In this document: piece after piece, positions 11,911-22,681 of the stretch
Position numbering within the stretch: position 1 is the stretch's first letter
How the letters are laid out: each line of letters begins with the position of its first letter
Origin: Paraphysomonas bandaiensis
Lineage: Eukaryota; Protista; Chrysophyceae
Length of the DNA stretch: 64,000 nucleotides
Assembly (NCBI GenBank): GCA_965644295.1
Contig: CBFFRP010000457.1
Span: 62,001-126,000 of the forward strand
Direction: 5' to 3'
The notes under the pieces: generated by a model
What the model saw: only the letters and a program-made list of their open reading frames with translations
The model's database searches: none
Told to the model about the DNA's origin: nothing
Translations under genes and position numbers: made by a program

Positions 11911-14848
11911 TTAGAGAGTAGCGTCATTCGAAACGTCAGTGACATTCCATACAGCTCCGGATTCAGAATTGCAAGAAATTCGACCCTTAGATTCATTGAA
12001 TTGAGATATTATGCCTTGCAGCACCGATACAGTGATTGGCTTATGAATCACAGACGTTGCCCCATGCGCCATAAAAAAATCAACGTCTGATTTCAATACA
12101 TTCCCAGTGACACCAATAATTGGAATATTGCAGCCCGAATCGCGAAGTAATTGGGTCGCTGAGGGACCATTTAAGCGTGGCATTTCAAAATCCATCAAAA
12201 TAAGGTCTATAACTGGACTTCCTATAGCTTTATATTCCTCCATTTTATCAATACACATTCTTCCATCCTCCGCTTCATAGCACTCGTACCCTGAATGTTT
12301 CAAAAGACGACAAACAACTTTTCTAGTTGATGCCGCATCATCCACAACAAGTATACGCTGCACAGTTCGAATTTCCTCGACTTCAGAATTTACATCAGCA
12401 GCAGGGTCCGTCCTACAGAGCCACCCTCCATTAGAATCTGGATGTGGAGAAATTTCCTTCGCTTTATCCATTGTATCTAAATGGTGTGCAATAGTTGGGG
12501 ACTCAAAAGCTGGTAGCTCAATCCTAAAAGTTGAACCCTTATCAACCCCATCTGAGTGGGCGGTCAAGCACCCATGATGCAAATCTATCACTCCTTTGGA
12601 TATCCACAAGCCTAAACCCGAGCCACCTCCGGCCTGAAGTTGGTTGGCGTTGAACTGAACACCTTCTTGAAATAGATGTTGCATCTGTTCTGGAGACATG
12701 CCTGTAATCAATTTATCAGTATTGTACATACACCAAATTCAGTTCACGCACCTGCTCCGGTATCTGTGATCACCACCACGAAAGCTCCAGCACGCGGATA
12801 ATTAATATTGTTATCATCCGCAGATACGATAGCTGTGCTATTTTCCAAACCTTTTTCATCCCAATATGCTGTTACAATTACAGAACCATCTTTTCGGGTG
12901 AATTTGATGGCGTTGGATACAACATTCCTGATTACTTGCGCTATCTTAATTGGGTCTACGTAAGCAACCAAGCGTATTAATTTTTCAGCCCTTTCTTGAG
13001 ACAACGCAAGTGCACTGCGATGCACCTCTAGATCCATCTCTAAAGCGACACCGGCCTGTCTGGCCTGGACCACAAAAGGTTTTACAGAGTTGGATACAAT
13101 ATCCCAGAAATCCACTATTTCGTTCTCCATGTTCAGGGCACCAATCGATATTTTGTCGTAGTTTATAAGGTCGTTCAGCACGACAATAGCTGTATCCGAG
13201 CTTTCTTCAATCTCCAAAATTAGGCCTGCCCATTCCTTTAACCTCGCCTCCACGTCAACAGGAGTACTTGCCGTATTTGCAAGAGCCAGCATTTCAGAAT
13301 GCAATAGCTTCAGTCCAAGATGGACAGTATTCATAGGAGTTCGAATCTCGTGACTTATAAACCGAACAAATAATCGTTTGGTATTGATTACAAGCTCTTT
13401 CCGAAGTGCTTGCCTATTCATCAAGCAATCATAAAGAAAGAATATAGCGGAAGTAAGGACAATAATTGACACCGCTATAATACATGCATACAGAGGAGCC
13501 TGAGTACGAAATTGATTAACAAAATCGTCAGTTGGATAGAGGCTAATAGCGTATTTCACAGACCCATTAAAATAAGTTATTTGAAACTCCCGGCCTAGGG
13601 GATCGTATTTTCGATCATGTAGATCTTTGCTCCCTCGAAATTTTACTTTCCCGTTATCAATTCGAAACGTGTACGCATCCGTGGTTGTTGATAACACCGC
13701 GTCCACGCCAGACACGTAATCCGGTATAGCATTCTCAAGAATAGTGTCCCAATTATGCACAGTATAGGTAAAACCTACTAGGTTTCCACCGGCACGGCTT
13801 GGCGCGACAGGATGTATTATGAGAACTGCCGGTCGAAAATCAAGGTCTTGAACCAAATGAATGATATCTGTAATTGATGTGCAAGCCTCACCCCTACCGC
13901 CAGCATGGAAGCAGTCAATCATAAAATCTACAGCGTTTATACGTGCCAGCTGTGAGTATATATTGAACATGATGGCGAGTTCATTAGTGGCAAGGTTGCC
14001 AATTTGCAATACTGGACCTAAAATATTGTATTTCCCCTCATTCGACCCTTCGGTATCATGATAAATCTCGTATGTGGTGGCATTTCGTGAATATATCCCC
14101 TTCCCAAATTCATGTATGCCTAAGTGACCATAGCCTTGTTCCTCGTAGAAATTATACGCAAAGGCTTCAAACGATGAGACTTGATCTATAGCACGATCAT
14201 GAACGAAAAAGTCAATTTGTATACCACGGAAAAAATACAGCGTCATTGTAGGCACAATATATATGAACGGGAACATAATGATACCTGGAGTAATAATGGG
14301 AACATAAGCCATGGATCGCATGTTAGCCATCTCAATTAATGGATCAGTGATGTTCAAAAAAGATCCCTAGGAAGGCATTATAAAGTTAAACTACAGAAAA
14401 TACGAAACACAGTAGCAGTATACAAAACACGGTATACAACACATATGAGTATACATCCATTCATATACATCCATCCATCCATCCATCCATATCACTCATA
14501 TGAACATTTTCTTACAATCGGGACTGTACAATTAGGCCAATTAGATAATTCAGGACACTGCATTCCTAACATACTTGCAACAGATAATAACGCTAATATT
14601 TTACTATATAAACTAGATAATGCTCCTCTTTCAAGTTGTTTTGCAATACTTGTAAATTGTGTAGATTCAATTTTTCCTTCTAGATTATATAAAAGTATAT
14701 ATGCTCCATATCCACATACAACAGCAGCGAGTATTAAACATATACATACTAAGCGTCTTAATAAATATAATTTACGTTCTGATGGATCAATTGTTGTAAT
14801 AAATTTATGTGTACGTGATGGATTTGTACTACCAGATAAAGAGGACAT
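11911..14848 (-). CDS. Membrane-bound hybrid histidine kinase (extracellular CHASE-like sensor, HisKA, HATPase_c, receiver)
   Basis: Three exons (introns 14367-14515 and 12702-12751); H-box FISHEIRTPM, N-box NVVSNAIKFT, DTGAGM, GSGLGLWIS, receiver LVVDD...LILMDFEMP...HKP; two TM segments. Confidence 0.93.
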
Positions 14849-15633
14849 TGTTTGATGATTAGGAGTGTGTATATATATGTATGTATATATATGGAGGTTA
14901 GTGCTATTAAAGTAATGAGAGTTATGCATACATACATACATACATACATACATACACATACATACATACATACGTGATGTTTGTGCGTCAATTTTAGGGA
15001 AGTAGTGTATGGTAATCGTACTTTAAAATCACTAATTTTTCGATCAAATTTTCTATATTCTGAACCATTCCTTATAACAAATAGTCCAATTTTCTAAAAT
15101 TTAAGGAAAATTGATTAAAAAAATCCACAAAATTTATATATTCTTTTGAAAGCGTATTACGGCGTTGTATGGAACAAAGGAGGGGAAAAGTACAGCTGTA
15201 TATCTGTATATACAGAAGAAATATACTGCGAAATTGTATGTTATATAAACTGCTGTTAAGGAAGTAAAAACATAGGAAATATAGATAATATTTTCCTAAA
15301 ATACCTGGATTTCTTACGACATAATACACAATCATATAAAAATACGGATACATTAGCTCTACAGCATATTCCATACTTTACCAGACGTACATGCATCATC
15401 ATAATTACAATAACCAGCCAGCGGCATTGTCTAAGTATATGATCATAGCATTAAACAAGGGTGATAGTTCACACACTCGAGAACATTTCAGATAGTTGTT
15501 TACCTTCACTTGATATTGATACACTTGTGTCTTATCTATTCTATACATACATACACACACACGTACAGGCACACACTCATACATACATACATACATACAC
15601 ACATCTTCTAATCGTTACTCTTATATAACAAAT

Positions 15634-15879
15634 ATGCTTATAAATATTAAATTCTTTGCATCTGCTCGTGAAGTTGTTGGTATACATTCTCTATCTCTTG
15701 ATGTAGAAGCAGACTGTGATACTGATACACTGCGTAATATTTTATTAGAGAAGTTTCCTCAATTAACTGATAGTATAAATGAGATATCCATTGCAGTCAA
15801 CAAGAAATATATACAGGGGGTACAAGTGTTACAACCTAATGATGAGATAGCACTTATCCCTCCAATATCTGGGGGGTGA
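15634..15879 (+). CDS. MOCS2A: Molybdopterin synthase sulfur carrier (small) subunit, MoaD/ThiS family
   Basis: 81 aa, IKFFASARE N-terminus, IAVN..Y, DEIALIPPISGG C-terminal di-glycine. Confidence 0.95.
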   Translation: MLINIKFFASAREVVGIHSLSLDVEADCDTDTLRNILLEKFPQLTDSINEISIAVNKKYIQGVQVLQPNDEIALIPPISGG

Positions 15880-16068
15880 ATTGCACACGTACACAGTGAT
15901 CGATCATACGATCGTTCTGTTACTGGATATTCTGCTAAGTAATAATTTCTAATATTTGGCTCTAATTTTATTATTCTGATCCAGCATTATCATTTTTTTC
16001 AATTTCTTCTAATATTCATGTTGTCGCTTGACGAGCCAGTGTGTAGAGAAGTATGTAGCGACTACGGG

Positions 16069-17443
16069 CAGGGCTAGGAAACAATATATTGCAATACTAT
16101 TGTTAGAGGGCGTTCCATCAATACTATTGATGGAGATTTTAAACAGGCCCAACAATACAATTGCAATATATTGTCAATAGATTGCAATATACTAGTATGA
16201 CTAATCAGTAAGCAAACCAGGGCTAGGAAACAATATATTGCACTATATTGTTAGATAGCGTTTCAACAATACTATTGATGGAGATTTTAAACAGGCTCAA
16301 CAATACAATTACAATATATTGCAATATATTAGTATGACAGTATACTATGACTAATCAGTAAGTAAACACATCCGTGATTCCATTTTTAGTATTAGTCATT
16401 AAGATCATATGGCAACCAAACCCACAACAGCTTATAGCTAATAAAAATCCACCTCGTTCTCATCCTCTGAGCCATCATCGCTGACGTCAACATCACCGTA
16501 TTTATCCAAAATTAATTCTTAGGCTGCTTAAACTTCCCCATGAGTAGGTCTACGTGCCGAATGAGAGGTCTAATGCCTTGGTCAGGTCTTGTCACAACTC
16601 CTTCCTTATTTCGCTTCTCTTTTTGCTACCGAGGAGTTCATTGACCGCGATGAGATGCACATCCAACTAGGTGCACACCTATATACTATTGAAAAGTTAT
16701 AACAGACGACAACTTTACTCAAACAAAGGTATTACCGGAATCATTTGCCAGCTTTCTGTTTGTAGCGCAGTTGTCCCCAATGCAAAACTCAACAATAATG
16801 CAAACAGTATCAGCATTAACCACTCTACCCACTCAAAAATGTCCGAAGGTTGGAAAACAAAAGCATCCATGGGACCATTGGTGAAGACAACCCGTAAATA
16901 CTTCTTCATGGAATCTTCCCACTCACCATCATACATGTGACGATGTGTGGTTCTTCAAGTTGTTGTAGCCATTCGATATCTTCTGCACTCGTATGCGCCC
17001 ACAGACTTTTCATTCGTGCTTGTTTGGCTCACCTTCAACCGGACTCCACAAACAGCGGTAAATATCTCTACTTTTGTATGCATTCATCGTTCAGTTGTCT
17101 CTTCTTGTCACTATAGGATATATATACTATATTAAGAGAAGTACTGTACATACATGTGGAGAGGTCTAGAGTGCTGTTTGAGCTAACTATACATAAAAAA
17201 TAGAAAATAACATCAAAAATAGGCTTTTTCTTATTTTCCGGATATTTGTATACAGAGGCGTATATTTTGCACCATACAGTTAAGGATCTTCTCTTATATG
17301 ACTATCATGATATTGATTGCAATATATTGCAATAGTATTGTGAGCTCTATTAACAGAAACACTATTGATGGAATACTTGACCAGTCCACCAATCAATATA
17401 TCTTACAATGTATTGCAATTCAATATATTGTTTCCTAGCCCTG
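16069..17443 (-). mobile_element. Internally deleted hAT element (same TIR family as 10802-11549) with a duplicated terminus and transposase remnant
   Basis: CAGGGCTAGGAAACAATATATTG at 16069 and again at 16218; inverse CAATATATTGTTTCCTAGCCCTG ends 17443; minus-strand remnant ...GPMDAFV..DIFEWVEWL....LLLSF resembles the post-BED region of oomycete-type hAT transposases. TSD not recognisable. Confidence 0.72.
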
Positions 17444-17807
17444 ATTACTATCATGGCCTTATTTCGCATAATACTATTAACGACTGTTAATACGAAAGAA
17501 GTGGACAGCACTTCTCTAAATGATGCTGGTTATTGCTACCGCATATATGCAGTTATGTAGAGCAATAGATTTTACTATTAAGCGGACGCACATAGTTATT
17601 ATAATATCATACTGAATATTGGCAAATCTCCATTTTATATTGTATACTAACTTGGAACACTTTAGTGCACCTATATTAATGCAAGCAGTTGAATTTAACA
17701 TAACTACTCAACATTTAATTAGGAATACAGGTGCAGGTAGAGCGAATCCATCGGTCATGCCAGTTAAGGACCAGTACAGGACCAAGGGTCAGTACAGATT
17801 AAGGGCG

Positions 17808-18758
17808 TCACTTGGACAGCACAAAAGGTAGTGAGTCACTGGCACCGAAAGACAGCGCCACCAGGCCGAGGATCAACGAGTACAAGCATACGACTTCCAG
17901 GACAAGATCCAGCAGCTCGTCGTGGTCTTCCGGGTTCACCTCGTCAGGATCCCCTCCCTGAATAATGGCCTCTCGCTGCCGCGTGGCCTGTCTGTGCGAA
18001 ATGAAGCCTCTTACGCATAAGAATATTACAAGAAATATCACGGATGCGATAACAGCCGCCAGTACAAACTGCTTGTATATCAAATCCAAGCCATTCAAGA
18101 CAAGGTAAACAATTTGCGCCACCACACACATAGCCCATCCGACCACAAAAGCGACTAAATGGAGTCCATCCGATAATGATTTGCTGATGTTGCACACCAT
18201 CAAATGATTATAATAAGTAATGCTATTGATTTCTTCACTCTCATACCAATTGGTTGGTGTCATTTTTAAGTCCGTCGCTCTTTTCAAGTGCAAACTTGCG
18301 GGAAATATTAAGACGAGTGACAGAATAATCAAACCAAGGACTTCAAAACACAGGTAAAACCATTCCATGGAAGTCATGGGGTTTCTGAATCCAAATGATA
18401 TCAGAGCTGACACATAATATATCAATGCAGTTAACGAAACGACAGTGTAATACGCCACAGGATTGAATCTCTGAGCCACAGTTCCACTGATGGTACCCGC
18501 AATTGACTCGTTCCACATCTGGATAATAGCGTAGTCCACATTCAAAAACAGGCCAGCCAAAACACCAAGAACAAATATATCTCTACCACTGCTGTATCCC
18601 ATCACAATAAGGATGCATAAAACATTTATACATATGAGAACCAGGCAGGGTATTTGAATCCACCATGGTCTGAGAGCACGAGCGCCAATGGCATTGCCAT
18701 TGCCCCGTTCTCTGAGACATAAGCAACAAGCCAAACCACCATTATATACCGGCTCCAT
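17808..18758 (-). CDS. Hypothetical multi-pass membrane protein (~7 TM)
   Basis: Uninterrupted ~316-aa ORF from MEPVY with repeated hydrophobic helices; no family recognised. Confidence 0.75.
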   Translation of the reverse strand: MEPVYNGGLACCLCLRERGNGNAIGARALRPWWIQIPCLVLICINVLCILIVMGYSSGRDIFVLGVLAGLFLNVDYAIIQMWNESIAGTISGTVAQRFNPVAYYTVVSLTALIYYVSALISFGFRNPMTSMEWFYLCFEVLGLIILSLVLIFPASLHLKRATDLKMTPTNWYESEEINSITYYNHLMVCNISKSLSDGLHLVAFVVGWAMCVVAQIVYLVLNGLDLIYKQFVLAAVIASVIFLVIFLCVRGFISHRQATRQREAIIQGGDPDEVNPEDHDELLDLVLEVVCLYSLILGLVALSFGASDSLPFVLSK

Positions 18759-18842
18759 AGTTGTATGTTGATGCAAGTTGTTGTTTGGATATGATAGAGA
18801 CGATGCGTATCTATTTGTGGGTTATGTACAGGGAGAAGTCGA

Positions 18843-19153
18843 GGGTGGTGGTGGGTTGCCTACATCGATTTTATTGTTATAATCATCGTTTTTTTCATTG
18901 CAAAATCATCATTTTTTAAGATAAAAGTGACTTTTCATTGCAAAATCATCATTTTTTAAGATAAAAGTGACTTTTCATTGCAAAATCATCATTTTTTAAG
19001 ATAAAAGTGACTTTTCATTGCAAAATCATCATTTTTTAAGATAAAAGTGACTTTTCATTGCAAAATCATCATTTTTTAAGATAAAAGTGACTTTTCATTG
19101 AAAAAAACGATGAAATTGATTGAGAAAAAATTGATTTTACACGACACCCCCCC
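18843..19153. mobile_element. Degenerate Harbinger-like MITE with internal 40-bp tandem repeat (~5 copies, 18892-19100)
   Basis: Ends GGGTGGTGG... / ...ACACCCCCCC and internal TTTCATTG/AAAAGTGAC motifs shared with 47673-47817; unit CTTTTCATTGCAAAATCATCATTTTTTAAGATAAAAGTGA. Confidence 0.6.
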
Positions 19154-19414
19154 ATAGGGAAGTCCGTGGTTTGCTAAAAAACCTCCAGTTTTTTTCCACT
19201 GAAAAAAGTTAAGAAAAACAGACTTTTGCATGCAAATCCACAAGTTTTTATAACTACAAAGTGCTCAATCACTAAAAAAAAAAGAGAATCAAGATAATTC
19301 CTGGAATTCTCCTCTTGATCTAAAGATACCAAAAAAAAAGAACACTCTCGAAAATGCTGTACGTTGTAGTATAGTACGACTGCAGTATATAGTAGTCGTA
19401 TATTGTACTACGCA

Positions 19415-19562
19415 TATCGGCATCTTTTGTATATTTTTGTTCATAAATGCCTCGTATATTGAGACAATAATTATCTGTATTCCAGCCGTAGTTGTATAGC
19501 AGTAATATACAGAATATTTGCTTCAATTTATTTCCGAAAAAATAAGATCCTATCTGCCGATA
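19415..19562 (-). mobile_element. ~150-bp MITE with TATCGGCA/TGCCGATA termini (copy 1 of 4)
   Basis: Homologous along its length to 27059-27210, 40731-40878 and 48191-48342. Confidence 0.78.
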
Positions 19563-19693
19563 GCATCCAACAGTCGAGCTCGCAGTGCAGTGATTGCATT
19601 CCTAGAAGGACTCCCATACTATCAGCTTCAGATCTTAGTCATCTATAACTCAATTCTGCACGTATAGTATATATAACTTGTACCTATAGTAGT

Positions 19694-20287
19694 ATGGATG
19701 AGGCATTATTCGTGTGTCCTATCACCTATCAGATTATGGAGGATCCTGTACAAACAAGCAATGGACAAACTTTCGAACGAGCAGCAATACAAGAATGGCT
19801 ACGTAATCACAATACATGCCCTTTGACTAACATGGAGATTACCCGTGAATTGACTCCTAATATTGCATTGCGTGGTGTCATTGCCGCATACTTACAATCC
19901 ATCGCCCCCCCTATAGGGCCTGCACCGATCCCGACGGCAACACCAGCAGAAACAAATCTGGTTTGGCAAGAGAGCGTGATGGCGCATTGTCACGGTCGAG
20001 ATGTTAGAGACATCACTTTACTAAGTGGTCGATACAATATATTATTTCGGAATGGCAACCTCTATCCTCTATCCTACTCGCAGATTCGTTGGCGTTTAGA
20101 TGGAACCGATAAAAGGGGCATGTGTGAATTGCGGAATGTATCGGAGGTGTCCAAGAGGTGCTGGTTTTTTATCAATGTTACAGAAGATAGCTGCACTTTA
20201 CATATGCAATTTCAATGCTTGACGTGGTTCTCTTCGATTATTAAACTGGGGCAAGCCAGAGTCGATGTTGCAATTATCCGTTGCTGA
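19694..20287 (+). CDS. U-box domain protein (putative E3 ubiquitin ligase)
   Basis: FVCPITYQIMEDPVQTSNGQTFERAAIQEWLRNHNTCPLTN...LTPNIALR; single exon, 197 aa. Confidence 0.93.
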   Translation: MDEALFVCPITYQIMEDPVQTSNGQTFERAAIQEWLRNHNTCPLTNMEITRELTPNIALRGVIAAYLQSIAPPIGPAPIPTATPAETNLVWQESVMAHCHGRDVRDITLLSGRYNILFRNGNLYPLSYSQIRWRLDGTDKRGMCELRNVSEVSKRCWFFINVTEDSCTLHMQFQCLTWFSSIIKLGQARVDVAIIRC

Positions 20288-21661
20288 AAACTCTAGCTAA
20301 TCAGGTATGCCCTTTAGAATAAGAAGAACACTTTAAAATAACGCTGCAGTAGTTTCATCATATGGAGTTGTGGGCGTTTTGAGTTGAAGAAGTAAAGCCC
20401 TTTTTAAGATTCACCAATTCACGTATACCCCTTATTAAATTATACGCGTGAATACTACATGATACAACCGAATAACAAATGACTGAATTATTATTAAACT
20501 ATATAAGATACTTGACTATACAAGATACGTTACTATTTGATTGATTCTAATGCTCCTTTCAACCGTGTCTTGCTGCTATACTATTTGGCTTTATTCCTTG
20601 GTGTGTGAAGTCTTTTATAATTTACACTCTAACTAATACGAAGTATATCTCTCATTGAATATTACATTTAGCTATAAATCTTAACTTGTAAGCGGATGAG
20701 TTCCAAGACTACCAGTTACAATATCTCCGACTCCGCTTCATCGGACAGAAGGACCACCCTTCGACGCTAAGAACTTTTCCAAATGTCAGAAGAAAAGCAG
20801 GGCCAGGTTCTATCACAAACCCAAAATAGTATGCATCCTAAACGACTAGAAACAAGTACAGTCTTAAACACTAGACGCTACCGTGCGTGAATATCACTGA
20901 GCAAAAGCAGTAAAAACACATTTCTTTAAAATTAAAGATATATATTAAAGATTTCTTTAAAACTTTCTTCGGTGCTAGTCAATCGTTTTGTAACGACTAC
21001 GGGTGATTGAGCCTCGCTATCATGACTAACATTGCTGGTCTTATCATCCCTGTCCATGTGCACAGGTGATGTGGGGTAGGATAGTCTTCTCACAACACTC
21101 TTCACTTAACTTCCTCTTCTTACTCTTTACTTCGCTACTTCTTAACTTTCAACTCAACTACGATATCAACTTTCACTATTATATCTAAAACTCCATATCC
21201 TTCTACCTATATCCCCATAGTTAATTCTAGAAGTAGTTTCCCCGCCATAAATAGCTAGTTTTCTACTTCCAGAAATAATCATATAGAAATCCCTTAACAT
21301 CCTGCTATCTACTCCTATATCATCCTACAGAATACCTACGTATACCATCATAATACTGTACGGGTTACCATGAACGTCCGTTACATCCGTATATACGGAT
21401 AGTCACGGTACACTCCAACCCTATATCTGGCCTTAATACTCGTATCTTCTAATCTAATCATAACTACCATCTACATCTCATCTCATACTACAACCTACAT
21501 CACTTCATCTTATTCTTCAGCCATAACAACCTCCTAAATCACCCATACTTGTCATACCCAATTTTGCTACACTTCCCCCTAATCCAAGACCTGAATAGGT
21601 CCAACAACATAACCATCTGGCTTCATATTGACTACATGAACTCTCACAGATTCATCCTGTA

Positions 21662-22681
21662 TCATTGTCTTACACAGTACTGGTTAGGGTATTGGCTTAT
21701 CTTCCACACAGTATTGACCCTCCGTTCTTCCGTGATATTACCTTGATACACTGGATGTTCTGCTACCCGATGTCTCGTCTTAGCCATCCATTTCATTGTT
21801 TCTGCGTATGACTTTCCTTTCATGACAACAGGTATACCCTCTGGTGTTCTCACCACAAAGGCACGATGCTCTTTCAACTCCTTCACTTCCGCTCCTCCCC
21901 ATAAGCATGACGCCGTCATATTAGGTATCAGATCAAACTTACACTTCCATATACTCTGTATCGGATGTCCAGTCTTCAATTCTCCCAACATTTCACCATA
22001 ATACTCCACTCCGTCTATCCGCATACATAGATATACATACTTTGTCACTCGTTCCGGACATCTTCCTTGTCCTGTAGCTCCCATCACCAGGTATTGTTGA
22101 TCCCTTGGATACTCATGAACTTCTAAACCCATTTCCTCTGCTAGCCCTTCATGCATGAATGCTCCCTCTGATCCACCATCCACATGAATTGCCATCGGTA
22201 TTGTCTCTCCTCTTACAACCGATTCTCCACACCACCAAGTTAAAGTATCCATCCTTATCTTCATATCATCATGTTGTGCCGGTGACGTCATCGTATGTGC
22301 CACACTGACTTTTCTATTAGACACTTGCTGGTTTCCATCTTCTGACTTCACCGTCTCTAATCCTCTGGTTTCCTCTACCCTTTCCTTGGTCGGCTCTCCT
22401 ACGGTCCGTACATGATGTAAGACATTCATCATACTTTTCACCTGCTCTTCTTTCGCATCGGCTACCATTTGTACGAATTTTCTTTTCAACACATCTCCAA
22501 GTTCTTGCCACGCCTTGCTATTTTGCTTCATGACCTCAAATATCTTCTCTAAAGTCTTCGCCTCAAACTTGGCAAATTTCCATGGCTTATATCCGTTAAA
22601 CTCCGCACATTTCATATATGTCCCATCATCTTTCTTCCTATCATCTCTAAATGGACAAAAACGGTTCATATAAACTTCCAT
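21662..22681 (-). CDS. Retroviral-type aspartic protease-containing ORF
   Basis: AIHVDGGSEGAFMHEGLAEEMGL (D-[ST]-G-like motif) and later CLWGG; overlaps the end of the gag ORF in the -1 frame. Confidence 0.75.
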   Translation of the reverse strand: MEVYMNRFCPFRDDRKKDDGTYMKCAEFNGYKPWKFAKFEAKTLEKIFEVMKQNSKAWQELGDVLKRKFVQMVADAKEEQVKSMMNVLHHVRTVGEPTKERVEETRGLETVKSEDGNQQVSNRKVSVAHTMTSPAQHDDMKIRMDTLTWWCGESVVRGETIPMAIHVDGGSEGAFMHEGLAEEMGLEVHEYPRDQQYLVMGATGQGRCPERVTKYVYLCMRIDGVEYYGEMLGELKTGHPIQSIWKCKFDLIPNMTASCLWGGAEVKELKEHRAFVVRTPEGIPVVMKGKSYAETMKWMAKTRHRVAEHPVYQGNITEERRVNTVWKISQYPNQYCVRQ

